Origin: Raillietiella orientalis
Taxonomy: Eukaryota
Assembly: GCA_036172245.1 (NCBI GenBank)
Contig: JAYWIR010000004.1
Location: 1,674,001-1,738,000, forward strand
Direction of reading: 5' to 3'
Length of the DNA stretch: 64,000 nucleotides
Positions within the stretch are counted from its first letter, which is position 1, and each line of letters starts with the position of its first letter. Shown in pieces: positions 61,900 through 64,000 of this stretch. The position numbers were made by a program, and so were the translations under genes. The notes beneath the pieces are model-generated. The model saw only the letters and a program-made list of their open reading frames with translations, ran no database searches and was not told where the DNA came from.

Positions 61900-64000
61900 T
61901 AGCGCTTCAAGTGCCACAGCGTTTCCCACAAAAAGAACATCGGGAGCGAAGCTTTAAGTACCAAAGAGCTAAACCTAGGACGAGGAGAAAGCTTAATGCA
62001 AAAAGTAAACAAACCTAACCACATCAACAGAGCAATCCATGAACCATGAATCTCTGCTGAGAGAAGCGGTTTGCTCTCTGCAAACTCCTCTCTCCGTGAT
62101 CGGCACACATTTTCAAAGTGCTGCACTTACCTTGTGTTGATTTAAAAGGCAAATTTCGAAAAACTTTGAAAGATTTCTCAGGTGGATCAGAAAAAAAAAA
62201 AGCAGTGAAACCAAGAATCAAATCTCACTCGGAAATGGTATAAAAGAAAAGTAATCCAGCGATGCTTTTTGCATTTTTGTCTGATCTGAGGATCTTTGCA
62301 AATGATGAGGTAATTTTCGGCATTCCGCCTCCCCAAGGCAATTTCGATGATTTTCAACTTTAGAACAAGCAGTGCAGTTTATGGCTTTGTTTATATCTGA
62401 CTGGCATAGTAAGATCAGAACAGATGAGTGACCAGAATGATAACGATGCTGGTGATTATCATTTTGGACTCTTATGATGTGCTCCCATCTTCGGTCCTGG
62501 AGTGTTCTTTGGCTTAGTATTGTAAGGCCAGGGTATATTGAGTCCATAGCATTCCTTAATCATTACACAGACTCTGCACGGCATATTAATTAGTAAATCT
62601 TAATGTGGAGGGAAAAACTTCCGGGCATTCACTCCCGGCAGAATCGTGAATGCAACCACAACGCAACTGTATTTCAAAGCCTGCAGTTCCGACGTGTTCC
62701 GAGAGATGGCAATGGGAACTGAAGTTTTCTCGATGAAACTACCCTTCGCAATTCAATGCCAGATTTTTCGAGTTATCGCTTATGCACATAAAGGAAAATC
62801 ATGCTGATGAAAACTGAAGGTGGTGTGCGGTTCCCAGTCGTTCGCACAAACATTGAGGGAACAAAAGCACTCGGGAATGTGGGATGATGAAAAGCAGGTA
62901 GCTATAGCAACCACGTAATCTCTGTCTTGCGGATTCCATTTCTGGATCTGTCAAACTGGCTTTCGGATGATGTTGGCGGAGATACCAGAAAGTTGAAATC
63001 AAAAACGAAAGGGGGACTTCTGGGTTTTGGAAGCTGGATGTAGTTCTCATAGCATCTTATCGCTCCCTGTGCATGAGATTACGCTTTAAGGGTCACTGTC
63101 TCGTTCTTATTTCTGTTTTCGCTGAAGCCCCTGAGATTTATTCGTCCGATGTTATCTTCGTTTCCGGCTCTGCTACGCTTCGTGGGTCCCTGTATTCAAC
63201 TGACGGTTCTTGTAACCCTCCCATCTTGCCTCGGAGAATTCAAGCGAACCTGTCTAAGGACGCGTCCTTCGGAAACAGTCCGAGATCAGGAAGACGTGGA
63301 TACCAGCCCATATCCCAGACCTAACTCTTAGCGAGCTCCATATCTGACGGTGTTGATTTCGGAGAATTGCAAATTGAGGAAGCTTTCCGCCTCCTCCGTT
63401 GGATGGGTGACCCCACTGTCGTACGTGACATGTGAGCGTTCCTGCGCAGAGCCATCTCCAGGCAGACATTCCAAACGGGATCGGTTTGCAGAGGCGATGG
63501 GGAGTTATCTTGGCGGAGCTCAGACGCCTGCCGTTTTCCCTGGCAGTGGAATGGAACAAAGGAAGGAGCCATGTCAAGTTCCGAGCCACAAGTGGACTTA
63601 GAGGCAAAGATCCATCTAGTTCAACAGTCCTAGTGCCAAGATGGAAGGAGACCTTGCCAAACAGCTCATCCCCAGTGTTGGCCACATATCCCCGTGGCCC
63701 AAGGATCGTTCCATAAGATAGGAGACATGAACATACAGAGATCACGTCGCCATTTAGCGAACTCATCTCTTCCTGGAGAGCTGTGCGATTTGCATTGTTC
63801 ACGAGAACTGGACCCCTGAACGAGATGGTCAGGCGGAAATCTCGGTTTTCGAGCCATGCATTGCCCGGAGTGGATGCTCAGCCTCCATACGGGTTGAATC
63901 CTTGGGCCGTTTTGTACTGAAGCGAAAAGCAGCGTATGCCACTGAGGAGGAATCAAGGGCAGCTACCAGGAAACTCTGTGGTCTGCACCTCGTTCGGATA
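61900..64000 (-). mobile_element. L1 fossil: ORF1 plus endonuclease, running off the window
   Basis: ILGPRGYVANTGDELFGKV...LVARNLTWLLP (ORF1), LRQHHP, RWEHII...HSGHSSVLILL (SDH.p.ll). Confidence 0.6.

Noticed and set aside
1..64000. Plant mitochondrial or prokaryotic origin
   Set aside because: No organellar genes, group II intron domain V, rRNA/tRNA or operon-like gene density.

Overview
Eukaryotic nuclear DNA with no intact, confidently recognisable gene; no rRNA, tRNA or CRISPR array was seen. Most of the supplied ORFs are chance frames or pieces of decayed elements. Reading across stops and frameshifts, most of the window is a retroelement graveyard. It holds about 18 heavily decayed L1-clade LINE fragments with the domain set known from plant L1s (DUF4283-like ORF1, zinc knuckle, APE endonuclease, RT, zf-RVT, RNase H-like). 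It also holds three long remnants of RLE-type non-LTR elements (two R2-like, one NeSL/Utopia-like), a copia gag fragment and an 82-bp Tigger/pogo-like MITE. Between these lie apparently intronless fossils of animal-type genes (death-domain-like repeats, a death domain plus caspase-like unit, three LRR paralogs, a class A GPCR, trypsin-like domains), which suggests an invertebrate host. A GC-rich island at ~33.4-39.5 kb carries CCAAT, X-box and E-box motifs and local repeats. A near-perfect 184-nt hairpin lies inside an L1 fossil at 52145-52328. All protein assignments are by-eye motif matches, not database results, and fossil boundaries are approximate (about +/-200 bp). I found no intact novel system; the best leads are the plant-type L1 swarm in an animal-like context, the hairpin, and the death-fold repeat cluster.
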